A stretch of 32,375 nt of DNA, taken from IMG/VR virus record IMGVR_UViG_3300042327_000906, positions 1 to 32,375 of that record; one strand, given 5' to 3'. The position numbers were made by a program, and so were the translations under genes. This DNA comes from a virus. Taxonomy: Duplodnaviria; Caudoviricetes. The notes beneath the pieces were generated by a model. The model was not told the origin of the DNA. It did no database searches and saw nothing but the letters and a program-made list of their open reading frames with translations. Below, one piece after another: positions 1-7,655 of the stretch; the first letter of the stretch is position 1; every line of letters begins with the position of its first letter.

Positions 1-349
1 CCCAAGTTGAATTCATCATCTCAGTCGCAGCACCTTCATAATCTTTGGCTTGAAGATATGCAATTGTCTTTTTAAATTTAAGAAAGCGAGGGAGTCCAAT
101 ATTAAAGACTAGGTTAATGATTGCATCTTGCCTGGCCAGGTTAAGCTCAGTGAACCATTTGTATTTTAAGAGTGGAGTCTTTGCTGCCTCAATGTCATAC
201 CTAAGCATCATGCGCGCCTCCGCCTCTGTGATCCCATTGTCTTCGATGTTCCTACCTATACCTATCGTAAGCTTACCTGCAGTACATCGATATGGTTTAA
301 GCTTCATACCTTCGTGTCGTATTAACATGTTCTCTAACTTATCGCTCAT
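1..349 (-). CDS. Endolysin, GH24 (T4-lysozyme-like) muramidase; 3' end outside window
   Basis: Not in the ORF track; translated by hand from ATG at 349: MSDKLENMLIRHEGMKLKPYRCTAGKLTIGIGRNIEDNGITEAEARMMLRYD...RQDAIINLVFNIGLPRFLKFKKTIAYLQAKDYEGAATEMMNSTW. Has the E-x8-C-x5-T catalytic pattern and an ATGA overlap with the upstream gene's stop. Confidence 0.93.
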   Translation of the reverse strand, partial: MSDKLENMLIRHEGMKLKPYRCTAGKLTIGIGRNIEDNGITEAEARMMLRYDIEAAKTPLLKYKWFTELNLARQDAIINLVFNIGLPRFLKFKKTIAYLQAKDYEGAATEMMNSTW

Positions 350-1062
350 AGAATCTTCCCTATCCAGTTGCCATCCTTATCTAAGATCATTGGCAATAGC
401 TTTGGCTGTCCATCTAAAATTACACCGCATCCCACAATAGGACGTTTCATCTGAAGCTTATTGTATGCAAACGCTAAGGACTTGTCGTCTATTAAACATC
501 CGACAATCATTGACCAGAATATATTTGTAGGGTTAGCGTGATATTGAATATCGAAGACTGAGTGATGATGCCCTTGCACTGTATTCATGGACATCGACTG
601 TCCTAGTCTAAGTCCATTGGACGATTTGCCATGGTGAAAATAACAGTCTCTCCCGTCTGACAATTTAATAGTAAGATCAGAGTGCCACTTCCATCCCTTT
701 GGTGCATTAAGTATTTCTCTATAATCCTTGAATACGAATCTTGGAATTCCTCCATGTTTTCCACGACGATATACAAGTGATCCATGGTTAGACTCCAGTA
801 CGTCTGCCTTAGGAAATAATTCATATAGCGGTTCTAAGTACTCAATCGCCTTCTCTAGCTCAGAAGAAGGAGAAAAAGGAAGATCAGGATCTTTGTCGTG
901 AAATGAGATACAATGCCCATCGATTTCATCTCCTGTTAGAATTATTCTATCAGGTTTAAAAAATTCTTTAATAGCGGAAAGGAATGGAATTGTATCTTTA
1001 TGATAGTAGGGCGAGTGAAGATCTGATATTACAAGTACTGTATGATTCTTTGCCATCGCCAT
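346..1062 (-). CDS. Calcineurin-like metallophosphoesterase
   Basis: Motifs ISDLH, TGDEID, ESNHG, YFHHG, QGHHH in canonical order. The true start may be the second ATG (1056), which is better spaced from AAGGA. Confidence 0.9.
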   Translation of the reverse strand: MAMAKNHTVLVISDLHSPYYHKDTIPFLSAIKEFFKPDRIILTGDEIDGHCISFHDKDPDLPFSPSSELEKAIEYLEPLYELFPKADVLESNHGSLVYRRGKHGGIPRFVFKDYREILNAPKGWKWHSDLTIKLSDGRDCYFHHGKSSNGLRLGQSMSMNTVQGHHHSVFDIQYHANPTNIFWSMIVGCLIDDKSLAFAYNKLQMKRPIVGCGVILDGQPKLLPMILDKDGNWIGKIL

Positions 1063-1089
1063 CCTTGGTTACATGCAAATAAATTGTAT

Positions 1090-1239
1090 CTATAGTTTTG
1101 GAATTTTGCCACCTAGTTTTATTATGATGTCCTTACAGATACTTGCAAGCTTTGTGTTGCCAGATGTTTTGGCCTGGAGGTATTGCTGTATCCAATGCTC
1201 AAGCTGTTGCTGCTTTGTCATTGCGACTTTTGGCTTCAT
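1090..1239 (-). CDS. Small basic hypothetical protein (49 aa)
   Basis: Hand-translated MKPKVAMTKQQQLEHWIQQYLQAKTSGNTKLASICKDIIIKLGGKIPKL. ATGA overlap with the stop of the lipoprotein gene; fills an otherwise empty gap in the operon. Confidence 0.7.
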   Translation of the reverse strand: MKPKVAMTKQQQLEHWIQQYLQAKTSGNTKLASICKDIIIKLGGKIPKL

Positions 1240-1571
1240 CGAGATGGTCTTTTAGAAAGTCCGTACTCACCAGAGTAGAACCACTCGAGGTCTTCGAAAT
1301 AGACTATCTTCTGTTTCCACTTAAGGCATACAACGAATCGGCTGACGCATTCATCCCATGAATAGCTAGGGACTATTTTGCCTTTAGGACTTACACGTAA
1401 TGGAAAGAATGCCTTATCAAGGGCCATGGGAATTTCAGGCTTACTGCCCTGACTGACTTCTATTTTTTCCTGGGAACATGACGAATGATCTGGAGATGAT
1501 GGTAAGCTCGTGCATGATTGAATCAAGCTTGTAATCAGAGCGAGAGTCAAGAGGTTTACTAAGTTCTTCAT
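1236..1571 (-). CDS. Lipoprotein, candidate o-spanin (Rz1-like)
   Basis: From ATG 1571 (AGAAGGA SD upstream): MKNLVNLLTLALITSLIQS-C-TSLP, a signal peptide II with lipobox. Pro-containing, three further Cys, overlaps the upstream ORF in another frame, located in the lysis region. Confidence 0.65.
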   Translation of the reverse strand: MKNLVNLLTLALITSLIQSCTSLPSSPDHSSCSQEKIEVSQGSKPEIPMALDKAFFPLRVSPKGKIVPSYSWDECVSRFVVCLKWKQKIVYFEDLEWFYSGEYGLSKRPSR

Positions 1572-1680
1572 AATAATCCTTCTCAAGTTTAATGACTCGG
1601 TCTAGGTATTTCGTAGACTCCTTGCTATTCCACAAAGTAAGTCCTTCCTTCAAAATACCTAGAGCGAGATTGAGATCCAT
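1441..1680 (-). CDS. Hypothetical helical protein (79 aa), lysis region, possible spanin partner
   Basis: Starts 2 nt after the upstream stop. Amphipathic N-terminus MDLNLALGILKEGLTLW followed by a charged helix. Confidence 0.6.
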   Translation of the reverse strand: MDLNLALGILKEGLTLWNSKESTKYLDRVIKLEKDYYEELSKPLDSRSDYKLDSIMHELTIISRSFVMFPGKNRSQSGQ

Positions 1681-1682
1681 GA

Positions 1683-1901
1683 TTACTTAAGCTTCTGAGG
1701 TAATACTTTGTCTGAGAGCTCTGCGATCTTGGCAAGAATCTCTGAAAGCTTTTTAGCTACAAAAGAGATTAAGTGTAGAACCGACTTAGGTTTCTCTGAA
1801 GGTACGAGCCTCCAAACAAATTCTAAAACGATTGCAATAGTTGCCGACGATCCGAGCGCCGATGATAAGAATGCTGATACCTGATCTAATACTTGTTCCA
1901 T
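1683..1901 (-). CDS. Small membrane protein, holin candidate
   Basis: 72 aa with hydrophobic stretch VSAFLSSALGSSATIAIVLEFVW and a basic amphipathic C-terminus. GGAG SD; positioned between fibres and endolysin. Confidence 0.55.
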   Translation of the reverse strand: MEQVLDQVSAFLSSALGSSATIAIVLEFVWRLVPSEKPKSVLHLISFVAKKLSEILAKIAELSDKVLPQKLK

Positions 1902-1904
1902 TTG

Positions 1905-2090
1905 TTACTCCTGTTTTGAGAGAGCATTCCGTATCTCTCTGATGTCTAGTTTAATCTCACGTATGTCTTCACGATATGCCACGACTTCATTCTTCAATAC
2001 TTGCACATCGACGTAAGCCTTCGCTGCAGCAGCTAGTACGCTGAACATTGCTGTGATAAGTGCTGCGAGTAATGGCTTACTAATATTCAT
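1905..2090 (-). CDS. Single-TM coiled-coil protein (holin/antiholin or i-spanin candidate)
   Basis: N-terminal hydrophobic LLAALITAMFSVLAAAA followed by heptads EDIREIK-LDIREIR. Confidence 0.55.
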   Translation of the reverse strand: MNISKPLLAALITAMFSVLAAAAKAYVDVQVLKNEVVAYREDIREIKLDIREIRNALSKQE

Positions 2091-2091
2091 A

Positions 2092-4458
2092 TCAGTTTAC
2101 TTTCAAATAGTACTTTAAGTTAGTTGCTAATGCTGTCAATGTAGGTAGCTGTACTTTACTAAAAATAACTAAGAGTCTTCCTGCACTTGAACTAAAAGTA
2201 AAATCTCTATCAATCATCCCCCTAACCTGAAATAGCGCGGCTCCAAAACTTGCCGTAAACGTATGTGCTTCAATAAAAGTTTTTGATAGTATTCCTGAAG
2301 AGTTTACAGATATGCTATATGCTCCTAGTTTTTTATTAACATTAAAATTTACCATAATTAAACTATTTTGTTCGGAAACCCCATATGCAGTTTTCAGATT
2401 ATTAAAAAATGAATCTTTTAAAAAAAATGTTTTTAAAGATCTGGCAGGAATACTAAGTCCTCCTGTCTCTGCATATTCTGTAAAATTCAAACTACTTACA
2501 ACTGTTGCAGATGCTCCATTAACTGTTACAATTGATAGCCGATTTGTATAATCCGTACTATTGTATTTTTGAACCGCAACTCCGTCGAAGCCTTGTAAAT
2601 CAATGTCTGGGACTATAGCGCCTCCGCCATTCAACCATGCAGGATAGAAAGTGTCTACAGTGCTTTCGTCTATAAACTTGGCGATATGCAATTGATAGGA
2701 GGTGGTTGCAGCTACATAGGTTGTTACAGCTATGTAGGAGTTATGTATTGAAAAAGTAGGAATATTAGTTGAAAGAGAACTTGGAATATTTATAGATATA
2801 GGTGTAAGAGTCCATACTCCTGAAATATTTTTATAAAGTTTAACTGAAGTTACTTTTGGCCCGGTATTCGGGGATACAGTGTGATACACAAATATAAACT
2901 TTTCTCCATTATACATATAAGGTACGCACTCTAAATAATGACTATTTAGTGATACTGTACCTACTGTAAATGTAGTGTCTATTGTATCGGTCGATACATA
3001 GTTTCCAGAGACATCAAAATTTATAATCTTTATAAGTCCTGAAATATATGCATTAACTGCGCTTGATGCAGTTATTAGCACAATAGTATCTTCAAATTTC
3101 CCGGCGTATGTATAGTTCCTTCCATCATTTGTAGTGTTTAAGCCCCACGCACTATTAACTAAAGTATTTGTTCCAAATTGTTTTGTTAATGGATTGTAGT
3201 CAAACACGTAATATCTTACATGTCTTGGGTTAGTAGCTAAAGTGGCTGCAGATGTTAGGAATTTAGTGCTAGTGATCCACGTAACCGCTAAGAATCCACC
3301 ATTGGCAACGGGTGCAGGGTTACTAACTGTTTGAGTCGATACAGAGTTTAAAGGAAGTATGTTGTTAATTGCATACCCAGATTCAGGATATACGTATTGA
3401 CCATTGCACTCCAAGAATCCTGGCTTCTGAACATAAGATGCGACTGCATCTCCTGTGCTAAACCCAGAACTATTTGCAGCAGCAATTGCAGCAGCATCGG
3501 CGTAAGATTTAGTTGCCATTGATGAAGATGCGGCTAATTGGTTTGATCCATTTACGACCACTGTTGTCCCGTCGACTTTAACATCAAACTCTGTGTCTGT
3601 TAGTTGTAAGGCATCCCCTGCACTATATGCAGATCCGCCGCTAAACTGAGTAAAGCTAATTGAGTCGTATCCTATTTCAAAGTTATTGGCATCTGATCCT
3701 GCAGATACTCCAACCAATGCAACAAAACCTTTACCTGCATTTGCAGTTCCGAATTGAACGAACATGTATGAGGCAGGCATTTCATCTGATTGATCGCATG
3801 TAGTGCATCGAGTTAATACCCAATCTACAGTTTCGCTACCAACTTGCGACACAAAGTATCTTCCGTTTTGTAGAGAAGGTGTTTGGTTTTTTACAAGAAT
3901 CCCATTGAATTGCGCCCATGACGTAATGCCATCGATGTCTAATGTAGCTAGAGGGCCAAGGTTTAATGTAGCACCAACTCCATCGTCGGCTACGCCATTA
4001 ACATAAACGCCTCCAAGACTTGCAGTAGTTGCAGCTTTAACAGCAGGACGAGTAACCACACCGCCCGAAATAGAATCAGCATATTGCTTGTTGACCCCAT
4101 CAGTCGATAAAGTAGGAGTAGATACGTTAAGAAGTTTATGTCCATTAAGATCTAAGTTTGCTGTCAATACTCGGGATCCATCTGATTTTAGAAAAAGTAA
4201 ATCTTCTGCTTCTAGTGCGTCAACCGCATCTTCAAGATTTCCCTGAACTACCGCAGATGAAGCGTCTGCATAAGCAGTCGATGCCACAGCGTTTGAGTTA
4301 TCTCCGACTGGCTTAGTGGCCACAGTGACAATTCCCGTTCCATTAGGGATAAGCTCAATGTTTCCGTTTTCGTCAGTGCTAGAAATTATGTTCCCGTCCA
4401 CTTTAATATTGTCACCCTCGACGCTATCAAACTTTGGAGTAGTTCCTGTGTATGACAT
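2092..4458 (-). CDS. Tail fibre / receptor-binding protein (788 aa)
   Basis: Fibre motifs VASTAYAD, DGSRVLTANLDLNGHKLLNV...DGVNKQYAD, VKAATTA...ILVKNQT..QNGRY, and collar-like TGD...PGFLECNGQ. Beta-rich C-terminal domain. Confidence 0.8.
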   Translation of the reverse strand: MSYTGTTPKFDSVEGDNIKVDGNIISSTDENGNIELIPNGTGIVTVATKPVGDNSNAVASTAYADASSAVVQGNLEDAVDALEAEDLLFLKSDGSRVLTANLDLNGHKLLNVSTPTLSTDGVNKQYADSISGGVVTRPAVKAATTASLGGVYVNGVADDGVGATLNLGPLATLDIDGITSWAQFNGILVKNQTPSLQNGRYFVSQVGSETVDWVLTRCTTCDQSDEMPASYMFVQFGTANAGKGFVALVGVSAGSDANNFEIGYDSISFTQFSGGSAYSAGDALQLTDTEFDVKVDGTTVVVNGSNQLAASSSMATKSYADAAAIAAANSSGFSTGDAVASYVQKPGFLECNGQYVYPESGYAINNILPLNSVSTQTVSNPAPVANGGFLAVTWITSTKFLTSAATLATNPRHVRYYVFDYNPLTKQFGTNTLVNSAWGLNTTNDGRNYTYAGKFEDTIVLITASSAVNAYISGLIKIINFDVSGNYVSTDTIDTTFTVGTVSLNSHYLECVPYMYNGEKFIFVYHTVSPNTGPKVTSVKLYKNISGVWTLTPISINIPSSLSTNIPTFSIHNSYIAVTTYVAATTSYQLHIAKFIDESTVDTFYPAWLNGGGAIVPDIDLQGFDGVAVQKYNSTDYTNRLSIVTVNGASATVVSSLNFTEYAETGGLSIPARSLKTFFLKDSFFNNLKTAYGVSEQNSLIMVNFNVNKKLGAYSISVNSSGILSKTFIEAHTFTASFGAALFQVRGMIDRDFTFSSSAGRLLVIFSKVQLPTLTALATNLKYYLKVN

Positions 4459-4467
4459 ACTTACCTC

Positions 4468-5889
4468 TTAAATGATAAACCAATCAGTTCCGTCACTAAC
4501 AAGTGTAGCGGATTGACGAGTAGAAGTTAATAAATAATTTGCGGCTGCGCCTTCAATTTGTTCCCCGTTGTGAGGTTCAAGAGTTACAAGATCAGATCCT
4601 GTTTTCTTGACCACTAATGTCTTGTTTATCGCAGGAGAAGGAAGCTTAACTACCGACACGCCAGATAGTAAATATATTTTATATGGCGCTGCATTAAGAT
4701 CTCCTGTGTGAACATGAATGTTCATCACTAGACCCTCGAGGGTATCGACACGTCCATCAAGACTTACGATGTCTGATTGTGCTTGAGTCATGTCAGATTC
4801 TAAAGTTCCGACTCTAAGCTCAACAGCATCAACTTCTAATTGCGCTTGACTAGCTTCAACATGAACAGCCTCGAGTCTTAGATCAAAATCACTATCAAAG
4901 CTTTGACGATCTAAAACTTCCTGAGCGATTGATAATTCAACTTGCTCCATGTCTAATTGTAATTGAGCCACTTCACCTTGAATCACTGAGAGATCAACAG
5001 GAGGAATTGCAGCGATCGCATTGTCTGTGTATAGATTAGCCGCAGATAAAGTATCCGCGTCTTTAGAATCTACTTCAGTTTTATTGTAGTAGTCTGTAGG
5101 ATCCACTGTCGGTATGGCAGCGATAGCATCATCGACGTATTGCTCTGTTGCGTATGCTGATAAATCCACTGGAGGAATCGCAGCGATCGCGTCGTCTACG
5201 TATTGCTCAGTTGCGTATGAAGATAAATCAACAGGAGGGATTGCTGCGATAGCATTGTCTGTATAAAGGTTTGCAGCAGCTAAAGTAGAAGCGTCTTTAG
5301 AATCCACATTGGCGATAGTCTCATACGCCGACAGATCCACTGAAGGGATTTCCGCAATGGCATTGTCTGTATAGAGATTTGCTGCAGCTAAAGTAGCGTC
5401 ATCACCTGCAATTCTCGCATTTTGTTCAACAACAACTTGAGCATCTGCATAAGCTTGAGCCGAAGCTAAAGTAGCGTCATCGCCCGCAATTCTCGCATTC
5501 TGTTCAACGATAACTTGAGCATCAGTATATGACTGACTAGATGCAAGTGTAGCGTCATCACCTGCAATTCTTGCATTCTGCTCAGAAAGAACTTGAGCAT
5601 CAGTATAGTCTTTAGCTTCTTGAAGATTATCAGTGTCGGCTTGTTCAAGAGCAGACACCTCCGACTCTAATTGAGCAAGTCGAATAAGCTGATTAGGCTC
5701 AGTGGCATCAACTCCCGGCATCAAAGGGATTACTGGAAATTCCACCACGTCATCTGCATTTACTTTAAGAATATTTACAAATCCGTTACCGGCAAAATTT
5801 TCCGCTTTTAAAAACTCATTGTTATCTAAAGCGATCTGATCGGCGCCGATGGCATTGTTCTCAATATTCTTTCGTTTGTACTGTGCCAT
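4468..5889 (-). CDS. Repeat-containing acidic fibre protein (473 aa)
   Basis: Tandem EQNARIAGDDATLA and YTDNAIAAIPPVDLS repeats, a coiled coil, and a C-terminal beta domain ending TLVSDGTDWFII. Confidence 0.75.
   Translation of the reverse strand: MAQYKRKNIENNAIGADQIALDNNEFLKAENFAGNGFVNILKVNADDVVEFPVIPLMPGVDATEPNQLIRLAQLESEVSALEQADTDNLQEAKDYTDAQVLSEQNARIAGDDATLASSQSYTDAQVIVEQNARIAGDDATLASAQAYADAQVVVEQNARIAGDDATLAAANLYTDNAIAEIPSVDLSAYETIANVDSKDASTLAAANLYTDNAIAAIPPVDLSSYATEQYVDDAIAAIPPVDLSAYATEQYVDDAIAAIPTVDPTDYYNKTEVDSKDADTLSAANLYTDNAIAAIPPVDLSVIQGEVAQLQLDMEQVELSIAQEVLDRQSFDSDFDLRLEAVHVEASQAQLEVDAVELRVGTLESDMTQAQSDIVSLDGRVDTLEGLVMNIHVHTGDLNAAPYKIYLLSGVSVVKLPSPAINKTLVVKKTGSDLVTLEPHNGEQIEGAAANYLLTSTRQSATLVSDGTDWFII
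4987..5384 (-). repeat. Imperfect coding repeats, five copies of (A)IAxIPxVD, including a 63-bp tandem unit
   Basis: acgtattgctc occurs at 5135 and 5198 (63-nt spacing). Peptide YATEQYVDDAIAAIP occurs twice and AANLYTDNAIA three times. Confidence 0.9.
5385..5607 (-). repeat. Three tandem 78-bp coding repeats (26 aa)
   Basis: gtagcgtcatc occurs at 5393, 5471 and 5549; peptide DAQVxxEQNARIAGDDATLA three times. Confidence 0.92.
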
Positions 5890-5901
5890 TTAAGACCTCA
5901 A

Positions 5902-7653
5902 TTATTTTAAAGTAATATCATAGTTCGAGACATCTTCAATCTCTGATCTTTGTACGGCCAGGAGAGTTCTATCTGAAGTTGACAAAATAACTTTATCTAG
6001 CTCATAGATCTCGCCAGACAATCCTTGTCTCACCTTCATTAACTTAGATGTTAGCTGATTTTTAATCCCAACATAAAGTCTTTTTGAAGAAGTAGTGTGC
6101 TTAAAGATATAGCCTACAAGATACCAGTTAGCTTCACTTGAAAATGTAGGATCCCCTGATACGCTTGGAATAGCTTTAAGCATTGCAGCATCATAGCTTA
6201 ATTGAATCGGATCGCCTGCATTCTCTTGGATAAGTTCAATAAGTGCAGCAACCTCATTAGTATTGGATCCAATAACTTGTATTCCGGCGCCATATACTCC
6301 TGAAGCATTAACTTGTTCGACAGTGATCTCCGACCAATGAAGTGACCCAGATGCTCCAGTAGGTGCATTTGCAGCACTTGAAGTATGCTCAAGAATACAG
6401 ACCCAAAATCTTGAAGAGTTAAAAATCATTGTGCCTACAGGGATCAATACATTCACCGCATGGTTTGGTAGAACATAATATCCGGCAGTAGTTCCAATGC
6501 TTACGTTGTTTTGCACAACACTGTTAAGACCTCTGGCTCTGACACTGAAACCTAAATCAGAAACAGTGTCGAAGAAGTTTCCAGTGATGGTTGAACCAAT
6601 AGGATCAATAGTTGCGACAGTGTTAAAAGATATGCCACTTCCAGTTGTTCCAGTAACCGAGTTATCAATGAATTGTGTTGCAGTGTTTACGCCTTGAACC
6701 ACGATCATCTGTCTCGCTACGTTAGGGTAGTTGAACTGAACGTTAGCAAAAGAAAAAGATCGTACTGTACCTACAGGATCAGTAATGTTTGCAGTTACAG
6801 TAACAATATTTCCGCTGATTGAAGCAACTCTTAGGCCTGGGGTAATTTCACTCCCTTGAGTATTTCCTGCGTGAGGTGCAGTGATACCGCTTAAATCATC
6901 GAATTGGACAGTTCTTGTAGATAAGACCGTTCCTGTTTTTGTCATAGTTCCGAAAGCAGGAACTTGAGCAGCAGAAGCGCCTACGAATGTTTGACCTAAA
7001 ATAGTATTTCTGCGAATGGCTCCGTTACCAATTCCTGCAGCAGCGTCAGTCATGATAGCACTTTCGCCTCTGGCTTCGATGATACAATCTTCAAGAATAT
7101 AACCAGAAGCAGCTACTTCTCCGTTACCAGTATTTCTAAAAAAGATTGCAGCGTTATCAGATAAGCATCTTGATTCTAATGCTTGAACCGCAGTTATCTT
7201 TAAATCTTTAACTGTATGACCAGATCCTCTTACTACGATCGCAGAAGGGACTGCTGTCATAACAAGACTTTGATTCGTTCTGGCAGATGTTGTTGCAGCA
7301 GAAAGAGTGATAGATGTCGGAAAAACTGAAGTGATTCTGGTGTTAGTGGCCAGACCTGCCCCCGAAAGGAATCTACCAACTTTAAATCCTTCAGTGCCTG
7401 AAGGGAATGATAAAGTAGTGGCGCCTGAAGTGAAGGTACAAGTTTTAGTTATATTAGATTCTAAAACCCCTCTAATCTCAGTTAAATTTTTGCCTGCCCC
7501 TTGAAGAGTAATTCCGGACTTATAGAAATCCACGTTCTCTTCAAATAGACCTGCCTCTACTAGAATGGTGTCACCATTAGAGCAGAGAGGGAAGGCTCCC
7601 TGTATGGTAGTACTATTTCCAGATCCATCTTTTTTAACATAAATAGTTGCCAT
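5902..7653 (-). CDS. Tailspike-like pectin-lyase-fold (beta-helix) protein
   Basis: N-terminus IYVKKDGSGNSTTIQGA...GDTILVEAGLFEENV...ITLQGAG is typical of pectinesterase-like beta-helix caps. Parallel beta-helix rungs (IRRNTI, FIDNSV, ITGNFF, VQNNV). Confidence 0.75.
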   Translation of the reverse strand: MATIYVKKDGSGNSTTIQGAFPLCSNGDTILVEAGLFEENVDFYKSGITLQGAGKNLTEIRGVLESNITKTCTFTSGATTLSFPSGTEGFKVGRFLSGAGLATNTRITSVFPTSITLSAATTSARTNQSLVMTAVPSAIVVRGSGHTVKDLKITAVQALESRCLSDNAAIFFRNTGNGEVAASGYILEDCIIEARGESAIMTDAAAGIGNGAIRRNTILGQTFVGASAAQVPAFGTMTKTGTVLSTRTVQFDDLSGITAPHAGNTQGSEITPGLRVASISGNIVTVTANITDPVGTVRSFSFANVQFNYPNVARQMIVVQGVNTATQFIDNSVTGTTGSGISFNTVATIDPIGSTITGNFFDTVSDLGFSVRARGLNSVVQNNVSIGTTAGYYVLPNHAVNVLIPVGTMIFNSSRFWVCILEHTSSAANAPTGASGSLHWSEITVEQVNASGVYGAGIQVIGSNTNEVAALIELIQENAGDPIQLSYDAAMLKAIPSVSGDPTFSSEANWYLVGYIFKHTTSSKRLYVGIKNQLTSKLMKVRQGLSGEIYELDKVILSTSDRTLLAVQRSEIEDVSNYDITLK

Positions 7654-7655
7654 AA

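Noticed and set aside
117-440. Plus-strand 107-aa ORF
   Set aside because: Antisense shadow of the endolysin and phosphoesterase genes, which carry clear family motifs.
2420-2427. A8 homopolymer in the fibre gene as a phase-variation tract
   Set aside because: Short, in a very AT-rich segment where such runs are expected, and the frame is intact.
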